Source: an uncultured Anaerolineaceae bacterium
GTDB taxonomy: Bacteria > Chloroflexota > Anaerolineae > Aggregatilineales > Phototrophicaceae
Direction: 5' to 3'
Length of the DNA: 64,000 nt
NCBI GenBank assembly: GCA_964549915.1
Contig: CAZJWX010000004.1
Coordinates: 63,181 to 127,180, forward strand
Shown here: piece by piece, positions 39,481 to 48,977 of the stretch
How positions within the stretch are numbered: the first letter of the stretch is position 1
How the letters are laid out: each line of letters opens with the position of its first letter
The notes under the pieces: model-generated
Databases searched by the model: none
Told to the model about the DNA's origin: nothing
Seen by the model: the letters and a program-made list of their open reading frames with translations, nothing else
Program-made: the position numbers and the translations under genes

Positions 39481-40821
39481 TTAAAATCTTTCCCAGACGC
39501 GCCGCGCCACCTCTCGCGACTCAGCGGCGATCTTCGCTTCATCAATGCCAGCAATCACATGATCTTGCATGATGATCTTACCGTTGATGATGGTTGTGGC
39601 GACGGGTGCATCCACGATGCCGAACAGGAAATGCCCCCAGACGTTGTCACTGGTCAACGGCGTGGGTGGATCGTAATCAAGCAGGATTACATCAGCAGCA
39701 GCCCCTGCTTCAATGCGTCCCACGCGCTGCCCGGAGAGGCGCTCATAGAGGGTGGCGTTATTGCCCAGCAGCATCGTCTCAAATTCACCCCAGGCGGCGT
39801 TGTTATCCCCCAGGTGATGCTTGTGCATCAGGTAGCCAGTCATCGCCTCACGACGAATATCAGGCGTCATGCCATCCGTGCCCAGGCCAACCGTGATCCC
39901 GCGTTGCAGCATCTGGAAGACATCCGCACGCCCGACAGCGTTATTCATGTTAGATTGCGCCTGATGCACGACAATGGTGTCGCTGTTCGCCAGCAAATCA
40001 ACATCCGAATCACTGAGGAAGATACCGTGCGCAGTGATACTCTGGCTGCTGAGCAAGCCGAAGTGATGCAATCGTTCGACCACACCTCGACCGTATTTGC
40101 GCTGCGTTTCGGTCTCATCCACCTTGTCTTCCAGCATGTGAATGTGCACGCCGCGATTCACGTCCGCGCAGAGCGCCGCCGCCTGTTGCAACGATTCATC
40201 ATCAAGCGTGAAGGATGCGTGCAGCCCGACCATGCCATCGAACATGTAGTCTGGATTTGCGGCCTTGGCTTGCTGGCACTTACGGATGTAGCGCTCGTTC
40301 TCGGCGAAGCCTTTCTCACGAACTTCCGGCCCATCCCGATCAGAGACTTCGTAGCAGAGAATGCCCCGCATCCCGGTCCGTTCCAGCGCATCCTGAATGC
40401 GATCCAGGCTGCCGTCGATGGCGTTGGGGCTGGCGTGATGGTCGATGACGCTGGTTACACCCTTTTTCACTGACAGAATCGCCGGGAGCAAGGCGCTGTA
40501 ATAGACAGCATCCAGGTCAAGCACCTTGTCGAGCGCCCACCAGAGATGCAGCAAAATCTCGTAGAAGTTATTCATGGGCCTGGTCAACGCCAGCCCACGC
40601 GCATAGGTTCCATAGAAGTGCATGTGTGCGTTGATGAAGCCGGGCATGAGCAAGCGGCCTTGCCCATCGAAGGTTTCAGCATCGGGGTATTGTGCCTGGA
40701 GTTCCGCACGAGTACCAACAGCAGCAATTTTGCTGCCCTCAATGGCGACAGCCCCATCCGGGATGATGCTGCCTTCGCCCGTATTGGTGAATACGGTGAC
40801 GTTCTGAATGAGCAGAGTCAT
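39481..40821 (-). CDS. ssnA: SsnA-type aminohydrolase (chlorohydrolase/deaminase superfamily)
   Basis: MTLLIQNVT..., MPGFINAHMHFY, LWWALDKVLD, GVTSVIDHHASP, HIHMLED, SNMNNAVG, GLGTDG. Collinear with E. coli SsnA as I remember it. The ATG at 40821 is preferred to 40866. Confidence 0.8.
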   Translation of the reverse strand: MTLLIQNVTVFTNTGEGSIIPDGAVAIEGSKIAAVGTRAELQAQYPDAETFDGQGRLLMPGFINAHMHFYGTYARGLALTRPMNNFYEILLHLWWALDKVLDLDAVYYSALLPAILSVKKGVTSVIDHHASPNAIDGSLDRIQDALERTGMRGILCYEVSDRDGPEVREKGFAENERYIRKCQQAKAANPDYMFDGMVGLHASFTLDDESLQQAAALCADVNRGVHIHMLEDKVDETETQRKYGRGVVERLHHFGLLSSQSITAHGIFLSDSDVDLLANSDTIVVHQAQSNMNNAVGRADVFQMLQRGITVGLGTDGMTPDIRREAMTGYLMHKHHLGDNNAAWGEFETMLLGNNATLYERLSGQRVGRIEAGAAADVILLDYDPPTPLTSDNVWGHFLFGIVDAPVATTIINGKIIMQDHVIAGIDEAKIAAESREVARRVWERF

Positions 40822-40887
40822 AACCGTGTCCTGACAAAATGAATAATATTTGTAGGGCGCTATCATGTTGCGCCCTTTGTTTGCCTG

Positions 40888-43479
40888 TCACGCTTTCGCG
40901 CCGTTCTTGCTCGGTCGGCGTTTGGGCAGGCGCATCGGGAGCTGTGTGCGCCGCACACCATCGTACTGGTAAAGCGCATTCGCCACCGCGCCAGCCGTTG
41001 GCACCAGGCCAATCTCACCGACACCCTTCGCACCATAGGGGCCGTAGGGGTCAGGTACTTCTACACCGACGACTTCCATCTCTGGCATTTCTTTTGCACG
41101 CAAGATGCCGCACTTACGCAACATGGTGCTCCTGGGACGACCACCTTCCAACACCAACTCTTCGCTGATGGCGTAGCCCAGCCCCATGTGGATCGATCCT
41201 TCTAGCTGTCCTTCGAAAAGCGTCGGATTGAAGATCTTTCCGGCGTCATGCGCGGCGATGATCTTCTCGACCTGTCCATCGTCATCGAGAATGGCAACCT
41301 GGGTGGCGTAGCTGTAGGAGTAGTGTGTGTAGACCTTCTCCACCATCGCGCCGGGCTTGGTCGTCCAGTCCACCACCCATTCGCCATAGTATTGTTGGCC
41401 TGCAAGTTCGCCGAGCGAATGGCTTTGCAGATCAACGCAGAGCTTCTTGGCGGCGGCAATGATGGCGTTGCCAATCAACGATGTCGCGCGGGAAGCCGTC
41501 GTCATACCCGTGACCATTTCGGACTGTGTATCCACGCGCACTTCGATGCAATCGGGGTCAATCCCTGTTTCGGTGGCGAGCACCTGCACGGCCATTGTAT
41601 GCACACCCTGGCCCATCTCCGTCCAACCGTGATCGACAATCACTTTGTCGGCGGACTCAACAGTAATGGTCACTTTGGACGCATCCGGCATGCCATTGCC
41701 AATTCCGGTGTTCTTGATGCCGCAGGCAATCCCGGCGTACTTCGCATTCTGGAACTGCTCTTTCACGGCCTCGAGGGTCGCACGTACCCCTGCACCGCCT
41801 TCGATCATCTGCCCGGTGGCAGTCATATCGCCATCGCTGAGGGCGTTATCGTAGCGGAACTGCCAGCGGTCAAAGCCGCCCTTCTCGCAGAGTTCATCAA
41901 TGCAGCTTTCCAGCGCGAAAGCAGTCTGATTCACGCCGAATCCGCGCATTGCGCCGCAGGGCAGGTTGTTGGTATAGACCGCCGTGCTCACAATATCCGT
42001 CACCGGGAAGTTATAGGCTCCGGTGGCGTGCCCGGCAGAGCGTTCCAACACCTTCATACCTACCGAGGCATAGGCTCCGGTATCGCCGACAAAGCGCCCC
42101 TTGCAGAAGGTTAGCTTGCCCTCTTGCGTGCAGCCGATGGTGTATTCCATCCAGATGGGATGGCGCTTGGGATGCATGGAGATCGACTCAGCGCGATTGA
42201 GCTTGACCTTGACAGGCATTTGCAGCAAATAGGCCGCCAGCGCAGCGTGTCCCTGCACCGAAAGGTCTTCCTTCCCACCGAAACCGCCGCCATTGGAGAC
42301 CAGTTTCACGCGCACCTGCGGCTGTGGCAGCCCGAGGATCTTCGCAATCTGTACGCGATCTTCAAAGACGCCCTGCCCCTGCGATAACACTTCTACCCCA
42401 TCGCCATCGGGATAGGCGATGCAGGCTTCCGGCTCCATGAAACCGTGTTCGATCATCTGCGTCTGATACACGCCGTGTACCGTATACGCCGAATCCGCCA
42501 GCGCTTGCTCAATATCACCGCGATTGGTGATTGACTGTGACAGCACATTGCCGCCCTCGTGAATATGCGGAGTCTCTGGCTTCAGCGCTTCGTGCATGTC
42601 AGTGATGGGTTCCAGGACTTCGTACTCGATTTGTATCAGCTCAACCGCCTCACGAGCGATGTCTTCTGTTTCCGCCACCACGCAGGCCAGCACATCCCCG
42701 ATATAGTGGGTTGTGTCCCCCTCGCCGACCATCATCGGCCAATCCTGCCGAATCAGCCCAACCACGCGATCCCCCGGAATGTCCGCCACTGTCAACACGC
42801 GGATCACACCAGGATGCGCTTCAGCTTCGGACGTGTCAATTTTGAGGATTTTCGCACGGGGATGGTCGCTGAACTTCAGTGCACCGTAGACCATACCGTC
42901 GATCTGGATGTCATCCACATAGCGATGCTGCCCCAGCACCAGATCGCGTGCCTTGTATTTGGGATGGCGCGAACCAACTTTGCCGTCGCCCGTCGGAGTT
43001 GGGACTTCCTCTTCTTTGCGGATTGCATCCGCAGCACATTCGATTGCATCGACGATCTTCTTGTAGCCCGTGCAGCGGCAGAGGTGCGGCGTCAGCGACT
43101 GTTCAATATCTTCCCGACTGGGTTCGGGATTGCGGTCAATCAGACTATTGGCCTGCATCACGATCCCTGGAATGCAGAAACCGCACTGTACGCCGCCCTT
43201 GCTGACGAAGGCATTGGCGAAAACGCTCTGGCGATATTCGCCCAGCCCCTCAGTCGTCGTGATGCGTGCTCCGTCGATCTTGCTCATCGGCGTCACGCAG
43301 GAGAGCAGCGCCTTCTCATCAACCTGTACTGCGCAGCAGCCGCAGGCCGCCTGCGGGGAGCAGCCATCCTTGGGGGAGATGATGCCTTCGTGTTCGCGCA
43401 AATAGGTCATTAAGGGCAATTTCGGATCGCCCGTATACTCGCGTTCTTCCCCGTTCAGCCGGAATTTAACCATGTCCAA
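40888..43479 (-). CDS. Molybdenum hydroxylase with fused N-terminal [2Fe-2S] domains and a Mo-cofactor domain, and no FAD domain (XdhD-like)
   Basis: 863 aa. [20 protein letters not shown] and LCRCTGY, then GGGFGGKED, MRGFGVNQTAF and GAKGVGEIGL. Confidence 0.85.
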   Translation of the reverse strand: MDMVKFRLNGEEREYTGDPKLPLMTYLREHEGIISPKDGCSPQAACGCCAVQVDEKALLSCVTPMSKIDGARITTTEGLGEYRQSVFANAFVSKGGVQCGFCIPGIVMQANSLIDRNPEPSREDIEQSLTPHLCRCTGYKKIVDAIECAADAIRKEEEVPTPTGDGKVGSRHPKYKARDLVLGQHRYVDDIQIDGMVYGALKFSDHPRAKILKIDTSEAEAHPGVIRVLTVADIPGDRVVGLIRQDWPMMVGEGDTTHYIGDVLACVVAETEDIAREAVELIQIEYEVLEPITDMHEALKPETPHIHEGGNVLSQSITNRGDIEQALADSAYTVHGVYQTQMIEHGFMEPEACIAYPDGDGVEVLSQGQGVFEDRVQIAKILGLPQPQVRVKLVSNGGGFGGKEDLSVQGHAALAAYLLQMPVKVKLNRAESISMHPKRHPIWMEYTIGCTQEGKLTFCKGRFVGDTGAYASVGMKVLERSAGHATGAYNFPVTDIVSTAVYTNNLPCGAMRGFGVNQTAFALESCIDELCEKGGFDRWQFRYDNALSDGDMTATGQMIEGGAGVRATLEAVKEQFQNAKYAGIACGIKNTGIGNGMPDASKVTITVESADKVIVDHGWTEMGQGVHTMAVQVLATETGIDPDCIEVRVDTQSEMVTGMTTASRATSLIGNAIIAAAKKLCVDLQSHSLGELAGQQYYGEWVVDWTTKPGAMVEKVYTHYSYSYATQVAILDDDGQVEKIIAAHDAGKIFNPTLFEGQLEGSIHMGLGYAISEELVLEGGRPRSTMLRKCGILRAKEMPEMEVVGVEVPDPYGPYGAKGVGEIGLVPTAGAVANALYQYDGVRRTQLPMRLPKRRPSKNGAKA

Positions 43480-43491
43480 CTCCAGAATATT

Positions 43492-43753
43492 TCAACATAA
43501 CCACTTATTTACGTCGGAAATCACTTCCACAGCGAGAGTGGGCAGGTTGGCATTGTATCCTTTATTCGCAAATGGCGTTGCTTGTGAACCACAAGAGATA
43601 AAAGCGACATCCGGTGCAAAACGCTGCCCGATTACTCGGTACTTCGATGACCCCTCCGTTGATGACCTCCACACGAGTATCGCCATACGCGCCCGCTGCA
43701 TACAAGCGATCCAAAGCCTCGGCTGTGCGTTGGATTGGCTCGCGAATAACCAT
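43492..43753 (-). pseudogene. Degenerate remnant of a Uma2 (DUF820) family endonuclease gene
   Basis: Behind the RBS GGAGGAG, the ATG at 43753 gives MVIREPIQRTAEALDRLYAAGAYGDTRVEVINGGVIEV. A second frame gives RFAPDVAFIS...LPTLAVEVISD. The two Uma2 signature blocks are joined by a frameshift and internal deletion, and the C-terminus is missing. Confidence 0.5.
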
Positions 43754-43883
43754 GGCACTCCTCCAAAATTCGTGCGGAAGTATCGCCATTATACGACAAG
43801 AACGTGTGCAGGGGCTGATCCATGACGCGCCCGTTGCAATAAATCCGCGACGGAGACGGACTGCCCCTACGTACCTCTGATCG

Positions 43884-44864
43884 TCAGGCCATCGTCAGCG
43901 CCATTGCAGCCTTCTGCACATGCAGGCGGTTTTCCGCTTCATCGTACACAACGCTCTGCGGGCCATCAATCACGCCGTCGGTCACTTCAATGTTGCGGTC
44001 TGCGGGCAAGCAGTGCATGTACATGGCATCTTCTTTTGCCATTTCCATCCGGCGCTCATCCGTGATCCAGTCGCTGTACTTCTTGCCGATTTCGAAGGCT
44101 TCGTCATTGTCTTCGGTGGTCAGCATGCAGCCCCAGGATTTTGCATAGATCACGTCCGCATCTTTGAAACCCGCGTCGAAATCGTCCAACATTTCGAACG
44201 AACCGCGCGATTTCTTCGCATTCTCCTTCGCCTGTTCCACGATGTCCGGCATCAACTTGAATTCCGGCGGATGAGTCAGGCGGACGTTCATGCCGTAGCG
44301 CGTCATCAGCAGAATCAGGCTTTGTGGAACGCTCATGGGCTTCAGGTAGCTGCTGGCGTAGGCATAGCTGACGTTGATCGTCAGACCGCGCGGGTCGCCC
44401 CGCTTCTCGATGATCGTCATCATATCGGCGAGAATCTGGAAGGGATGATAGTAATCATCTTGCATATTCAGCACCGGGACACGGCTGGCTTCCGCCACTT
44501 CGTTGAGGTACTTGTTGCCTTCCTGCCCCCAATCACTGCGACGGATGGCGAGACCATCGTTGTAGCGTCCCAGGATTTCGCCGATTTCTTTGGCAGTATC
44601 GCCATGACTGATCTGTGTGGTGCGGCTCTCGATGAACTGGGCGTGCCCGCCAAGCTGGGCCATACCCGCCTCGAAGCTGGCGCGGGTGCGCGTGCTCGAA
44701 TAGAAGAAGAGCATCGCCAGCACCTTGTCGCGCAGATACGCATGCGGCTGATTCAGCGCTCGCTTGCGTTTGAGTTCGAAGGCCACATCGAAGAGTGTGT
44801 CCAGTTCTTCGCGTGACCAATCCTGTGTCGTGATTAAATCGCGTCCGCGTAAATGCGTTTGCAT
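43884..44864 (-). CDS. ygeW: YgeW-type (knotted) carbamoyltransferase
   Basis: 326 aa. SSTRTRASF, TQISHGDTAKE, YHPFQILAD, SYAYASSYLKPMSVPQSLILLMTRYGMNVRLTHPPEFKLMPDIVEQAKENAKKSRGSF, DADVIYAKSWG and MHCLPAD. Closely collinear with E. coli YgeW blocks as remembered. Confidence 0.8.
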   Translation of the reverse strand: MQTHLRGRDLITTQDWSREELDTLFDVAFELKRKRALNQPHAYLRDKVLAMLFFYSSTRTRASFEAGMAQLGGHAQFIESRTTQISHGDTAKEIGEILGRYNDGLAIRRSDWGQEGNKYLNEVAEASRVPVLNMQDDYYHPFQILADMMTIIEKRGDPRGLTINVSYAYASSYLKPMSVPQSLILLMTRYGMNVRLTHPPEFKLMPDIVEQAKENAKKSRGSFEMLDDFDAGFKDADVIYAKSWGCMLTTEDNDEAFEIGKKYSDWITDERRMEMAKEDAMYMHCLPADRNIEVTDGVIDGPQSVVYDEAENRLHVQKAAMALTMA

Positions 44865-44883
44865 GATTTCTGGTTCCTTCCGT

Positions 44884-46089
44884 TTAGAGCCGATCTTTCA
44901 AGATCGCAGGCAATAGCGCATAGAACTTGGTGGCTTCGACGACATCCTTCAACGGCACATGCTCGTTGACGGCGTGGGCGTAGACCTCATCACCGGGGGC
45001 GAAGCCCAGAGAGGGGACACCGATTTTGCCGCGCCAGTAATTGCCATTCGTGGAAAAATCCCACTTTCCGGCGGGTTCTTCGCGCCCCCAGATGGTCTTG
45101 ATAGTTTCCAGCCCCGCCTGAATGAAGGGATCCTCTTCATCCATTGCCCAGGAGGGGAAATATTGCTCGTATTCGAAGACCGCGCCTGTGTGACTGGGCG
45201 TATCATAGACCAGTTCCCGAATTTCGAAATCGTCACGAACCTCTTCCGGGATCGCGTTCCAGATCGACTCGAGGACACTCTCGCGGGTTTCGCCGAAGGT
45301 AATGCGCCGATCCACGAAGATGGTGCATTCATCGGGCACGGCGTTGGTGCTGGGGCTGATCGTCGAGATGCGCGTGACGGTGATGCGCCCCTGCCCCAAA
45401 AACTCGTGTGTCGGCAAGTTGGCATCCATTTCTTCGATGGCTTTGACCAGCTTCATCATCTTGTAAATGGCGTTATCGCCCATGTAGTTGCTGGCTGCAT
45501 GGGCGCTCTTCCCCTTGCAGGTGACTTCCATCTCCATGCGGCCTTTATGCCCGCGATAGACTTTCATGTTGGTCGGTTCGCCGATTACGACGAAATCCGG
45601 CGTCACGCCTTCCCATTCAACGAAGGCCTGGCAGCCGATGCCGTCACACCATTCCTCAATATTGCCCAGGTAATATACGGTGTAGCCGTCCAGCAAACCC
45701 AGGTCGCGGGCCATTGCCATCCCGTAGATCATACCGGGGGTACTGCCTTTTTCGTCCAGCGCACCGCGTGCGTAGAGGTTGCCGTCTTCGACTTTCCCCT
45801 CGAAGGGATCCCATTCCCACTGCGAAGGGTCACCGATGCCAACGGTATCAATGTGACTGTCGTAGAGCAGGATCGTATCGCCGTCGCCGATGCGCCCGAC
45901 GATCGAACCGTATTGATCGACATAGACCTCATCGAAGCCCAGTTTTTTCATCTCCTCGCCGATGCGCGCGCCCACTTCGCCGATGTCGCTGTCCATGCTG
46001 GGGATCGCGACGATCTCGCGAAAGAAGCGCAGAATCTCATCATGGGCTTCTTCGACAAGGGTATTCAGTTTTGCGATGACTTCATCCAT
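44884..46089 (-). CDS. ygeY: YgeY-type M20 family amidohydrolase
   Basis: 401 aa. FFREIVAIPS, DSHIDTVG, VYRGHKGRMEMEV, DRRITFGET, KWDFSTNG and GFAPGDEVYAHAVNE. Collinear with E. coli YgeY as remembered. Confidence 0.8.
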   Translation of the reverse strand: MDEVIAKLNTLVEEAHDEILRFFREIVAIPSMDSDIGEVGARIGEEMKKLGFDEVYVDQYGSIVGRIGDGDTILLYDSHIDTVGIGDPSQWEWDPFEGKVEDGNLYARGALDEKGSTPGMIYGMAMARDLGLLDGYTVYYLGNIEEWCDGIGCQAFVEWEGVTPDFVVIGEPTNMKVYRGHKGRMEMEVTCKGKSAHAASNYMGDNAIYKMMKLVKAIEEMDANLPTHEFLGQGRITVTRISTISPSTNAVPDECTIFVDRRITFGETRESVLESIWNAIPEEVRDDFEIRELVYDTPSHTGAVFEYEQYFPSWAMDEEDPFIQAGLETIKTIWGREEPAGKWDFSTNGNYWRGKIGVPSLGFAPGDEVYAHAVNEHVPLKDVVEATKFYALLPAILKDRL

Positions 46090-46239
46090 AGCGTCAGTTT
46101 CTTCTCCTGCGGAAGTCGTGTAGATTCGCGGATGGTGACAGAATCCATCTCATCCACGCCATTCAAACAGATCACGCAACGCTGTCGCGCGATGGTCGCA
46201 GAATATAACACACGCGAGAACATTTCGCCTACGCGATGT

Positions 46240-47766
46240 TCAGCCCGCGCCTGCCATCATCGCGCCGATGCGCTCTATCTGCACCTCATCGCGCCCTACC
46301 TCGCCGACGATTTCGCCCTCGTACATCACCAGGATACGATCCGCCAACAGCAAGATTTCATCCAGGTCTTCGGAGATGAGCAGAATAGCCGTGCCCTGGC
46401 TGCGTTGTTCCAGCAGGCGGCGGTGAATGTATTCAATTGCGCCGATGTCGACGCCGCGTGTGGGTTGTGCTGCGAGGATTACATCGGGTTCGGCATCCAA
46501 TTCGCGAGCGAGGATCAGCTTCTGAATGTTGCCGCCAGAGAGGTTGCGGACGCGAGTCTTCTGCGTCGGTGTCTTGATCTCGTAATGTTTGATCGCACGC
46601 TGGCAAAAATCGGCAATCGTGCTGAAATTCATGAACCATCCCCAGCGCGTGAAGCGCCGATCGCGGTAGTCGCGCAGGATGTAATTCTCCGTCACCGTGA
46701 ATTCCTTCACGATGCCATCTTCCATACGCTCTTCCGGGATGTACGAGACGCGCATGGCCTTGATACGCGCAGCAGGCGCATTGGTGATGTCCTGTCCGCT
46801 CACCCGCACACTACCATTTTCGACCTTACGCAGCCCCGCAATGACTTCGGCGAGTTCACGCTGACCGTTGCCAGAGACCCCAGCAACGCCGACGATTTCG
46901 CCGGAACACACCTGTAGCGAGACATTCTTCAGGCGGTCATCACCCGTTTCGCCCTTCGCCGTGACATTCTCCAGCGAGAGCCGTGCTTCACCCGGCATCA
47001 CCTCTTCGTACTCGTACTGGAAGACAACCGGATGCCCAACCATCAGCTCTGCGAGCAATTCCCGCGTCGCATCCGCTGTGGGGATGGTATCGACATGACG
47101 CCCCCCACGCAGCACTGAAATCCGATGCGTGAGCTTGAGCACTTCGTTCAATTTGTGCGAGATGAAGACCAGCGCATGTCCATCCTTCGCCATAATGCGC
47201 AGCGTATCGAAGAGATTGTCCGCTTCTTGCGGGGTCAAGACGGCGGTCGGTTCATCGAGAATCAGCAAATCCGTGCCCTTGTAGAGCGCACGCAGAATCT
47301 CCACGCGCTGACGCTCACCGACGGAAAGCTGCCAGATGGGGCGGGTCGGATCAATGTGCAGGTTGTAGCGTTCGGAAAGTTCTCGCAGGCGGCGCGAGAC
47401 CACATCCAGATCGAGCCGGAAACCGCGCGACGATCGCAATCCCAACGCGACATTTTCGGCGACGGTCAGCGATGGCACGAGCATGAAATGCTGGTGTATC
47501 ATGCCGATGCCATTCTGAATCGCCTCGGTGGGCGAGTTAATCTGGACGGGCTGGTCGTTGATCGAAATGCTGCCTTCATCGGCCTGATACAGCCCATAGA
47601 GAATCTTCATCAGCGTGGATTTGCCTGCGCCGTTCTCGCCGAGCAGGGCATGAATCTCACCGGAATGGACATCAAAATCCACTTGATCAACCGCCAAAAC
47701 GCCCGGGAACTGCTTCACGATTCCCTGCATGGCGACCCGCTGAATACGTGTTGCTGCCGCTTCCAT
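46240..47766 (-). CDS. Two-domain ABC ATPase of a BMP-family (nucleoside/nucleobase-type) importer
   Basis: 508 aa. GENGAGKSTL, LSVGERQRVEILRAL, and second NBD GVSGNGQRELAEV, LSGGNIQKLILAREL. Confidence 0.9.
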   Translation of the reverse strand: MEAAATRIQRVAMQGIVKQFPGVLAVDQVDFDVHSGEIHALLGENGAGKSTLMKILYGLYQADEGSISINDQPVQINSPTEAIQNGIGMIHQHFMLVPSLTVAENVALGLRSSRGFRLDLDVVSRRLRELSERYNLHIDPTRPIWQLSVGERQRVEILRALYKGTDLLILDEPTAVLTPQEADNLFDTLRIMAKDGHALVFISHKLNEVLKLTHRISVLRGGRHVDTIPTADATRELLAELMVGHPVVFQYEYEEVMPGEARLSLENVTAKGETGDDRLKNVSLQVCSGEIVGVAGVSGNGQRELAEVIAGLRKVENGSVRVSGQDITNAPAARIKAMRVSYIPEERMEDGIVKEFTVTENYILRDYRDRRFTRWGWFMNFSTIADFCQRAIKHYEIKTPTQKTRVRNLSGGNIQKLILARELDAEPDVILAAQPTRGVDIGAIEYIHRRLLEQRSQGTAILLISEDLDEILLLADRILVMYEGEIVGEVGRDEVQIERIGAMMAGAG

Positions 47767-47852
47767 AACTCGCTATCCCTCAGAAACAAAGGGGGATGCG
47801 TGGCAGGCCACCGCACATCCCACCCGTTTTCGTTTCAGTTCAGTCTGCGTAA

Positions 47853-48884
47853 TCAGCCTTCTTCAGTGGCTTCCGGTTCCGGTGCCTCTTCCTCATCTTC
47901 CGGGAAGATCACGATGTCACCCGCCACGATGCCTTCAGTCAGTTCATCGACCTGCGCTTGCAATTCCGCAATGGCTTCTTCATCACCACCCGCATAGAAT
48001 TCGCTGATCTCCATCGCCAGGCCGCCGTTTTCCAGGTCAATGGTGAACGCCTGACCACCCAGAGTGCCTTCATCCATCAGGCCGATGATCTCTTCCAGAA
48101 CGACTTCCCACTTATAAACCTGGAAGACCACACCTGACTCAGCCGCGAGTTCTTCCTGGCTGGTCTGCGTGCCGAACCAGAGCAACTCCTCGTCCAGCGC
48201 AACCGCGATCGGCCCGACCACCATCTGCGCCGTGCCCGTCAGGATGTCTGCTCCATTGGCGACATGGGTGTTGGCGGCTTCCGTTGCCAGCGGCACATCG
48301 CCGAAGGACTGGATGTAGACTACATTCACTTCCGCATCGGGGTCGGTGGCTTCCGCACCTGCGACGAAACCATCCACATAGAGCTTGGCGTCGCCCACTT
48401 CAATCGGGCCAACGACGCCGATCACGCCGCTCTCGGTCATTTCCGCCGCAATGACGCCATTGATGTAACCGCCCTCTTCTGCCGCAGCGGTGTAAGCAAA
48501 GACGTTATCCAGCCCGAAGGTATCTTCATCCGTGCCCCAGGCAAAGGAAATTTCCGGGAATTCCGGCGCGAGTTCTTCCAGAATCGAGCCATACTGCGAA
48601 CCATGCGCGATGACCAGATCGTACTCGCCCGATGATGCCCAGTCGCGCAGCGCCACTGCTGCATCATCGACGACGAACGTGCCATCCTGGAAATCGAATT
48701 GGAAGTTCTCTTCGCCGTGAGTTTCCTGCATTGCCAGCAGGGCATCATACATGCTCTGGCTGAAGGCCAGGTCGTCGGTCGCGCTGGGAGCAACCACCGC
48801 CACGCGGAAAACGTCGTCTTGCGCCAGGGTCGGCGCCAGTACCAGTGTGAACAGAACCATCAGTAGAGCAATGCGTTTGACCAT
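47853..48884 (-). CDS. BMP family (PnrA/Med-like) ABC transporter substrate-binding protein
   Basis: ATG at 48884 (RBS GGAGGA). Signal peptide, then VAVVAPSATDDLAFSQSMYDAL, AHGSQYG and an acidic C-terminal tail. Confidence 0.85.
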   Translation of the reverse strand: MVKRIALLMVLFTLVLAPTLAQDDVFRVAVVAPSATDDLAFSQSMYDALLAMQETHGEENFQFDFQDGTFVVDDAAVALRDWASSGEYDLVIAHGSQYGSILEELAPEFPEISFAWGTDEDTFGLDNVFAYTAAAEEGGYINGVIAAEMTESGVIGVVGPIEVGDAKLYVDGFVAGAEATDPDAEVNVVYIQSFGDVPLATEAANTHVANGADILTGTAQMVVGPIAVALDEELLWFGTQTSQEELAAESGVVFQVYKWEVVLEEIIGLMDEGTLGGQAFTIDLENGGLAMEISEFYAGGDEEAIAELQAQVDELTEGIVAGDIVIFPEDEEEAPEPEATEEG

Positions 48885-48977
48885 GTGCGTTCCTCCGTCG
48901 AGTCTTACATTGAATAAAGCTGCATATATGGGCAACAGGAACAAGCCGCCGCGTACTGGCTTCCCCCGCCTGTTCCC

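Noticed and set aside
33293-43479. Selenocysteine recoding (in-frame TGA plus SECIS) in the molybdenum hydroxylase, SsnA and hydantoinase genes, given the selenium link of the homologous E. coli neighbourhood.
   Set aside because: All ORFs are uninterrupted and full length relative to family expectations, with no in-frame TGA needed. In the known systems selenium is proposed as a labile cofactor, not as Sec.
44959-46917. Very long ORFs antisense to confidently called genes. Examples: 44959-46917 (+, 652 aa), 687-1982 (+), 2693-3622 (-), 22229-23296 (+), 33644-34978 (+), 53636-54817 (-), 39469-40473 (+).
   Set aside because: Their translations are Arg/Ala/Gly/His-rich low-information sequences with no motifs. 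Each lies exactly opposite a gene with strong family signatures. This is the usual stop-codon depletion on the antisense strand of high-GC coding DNA.
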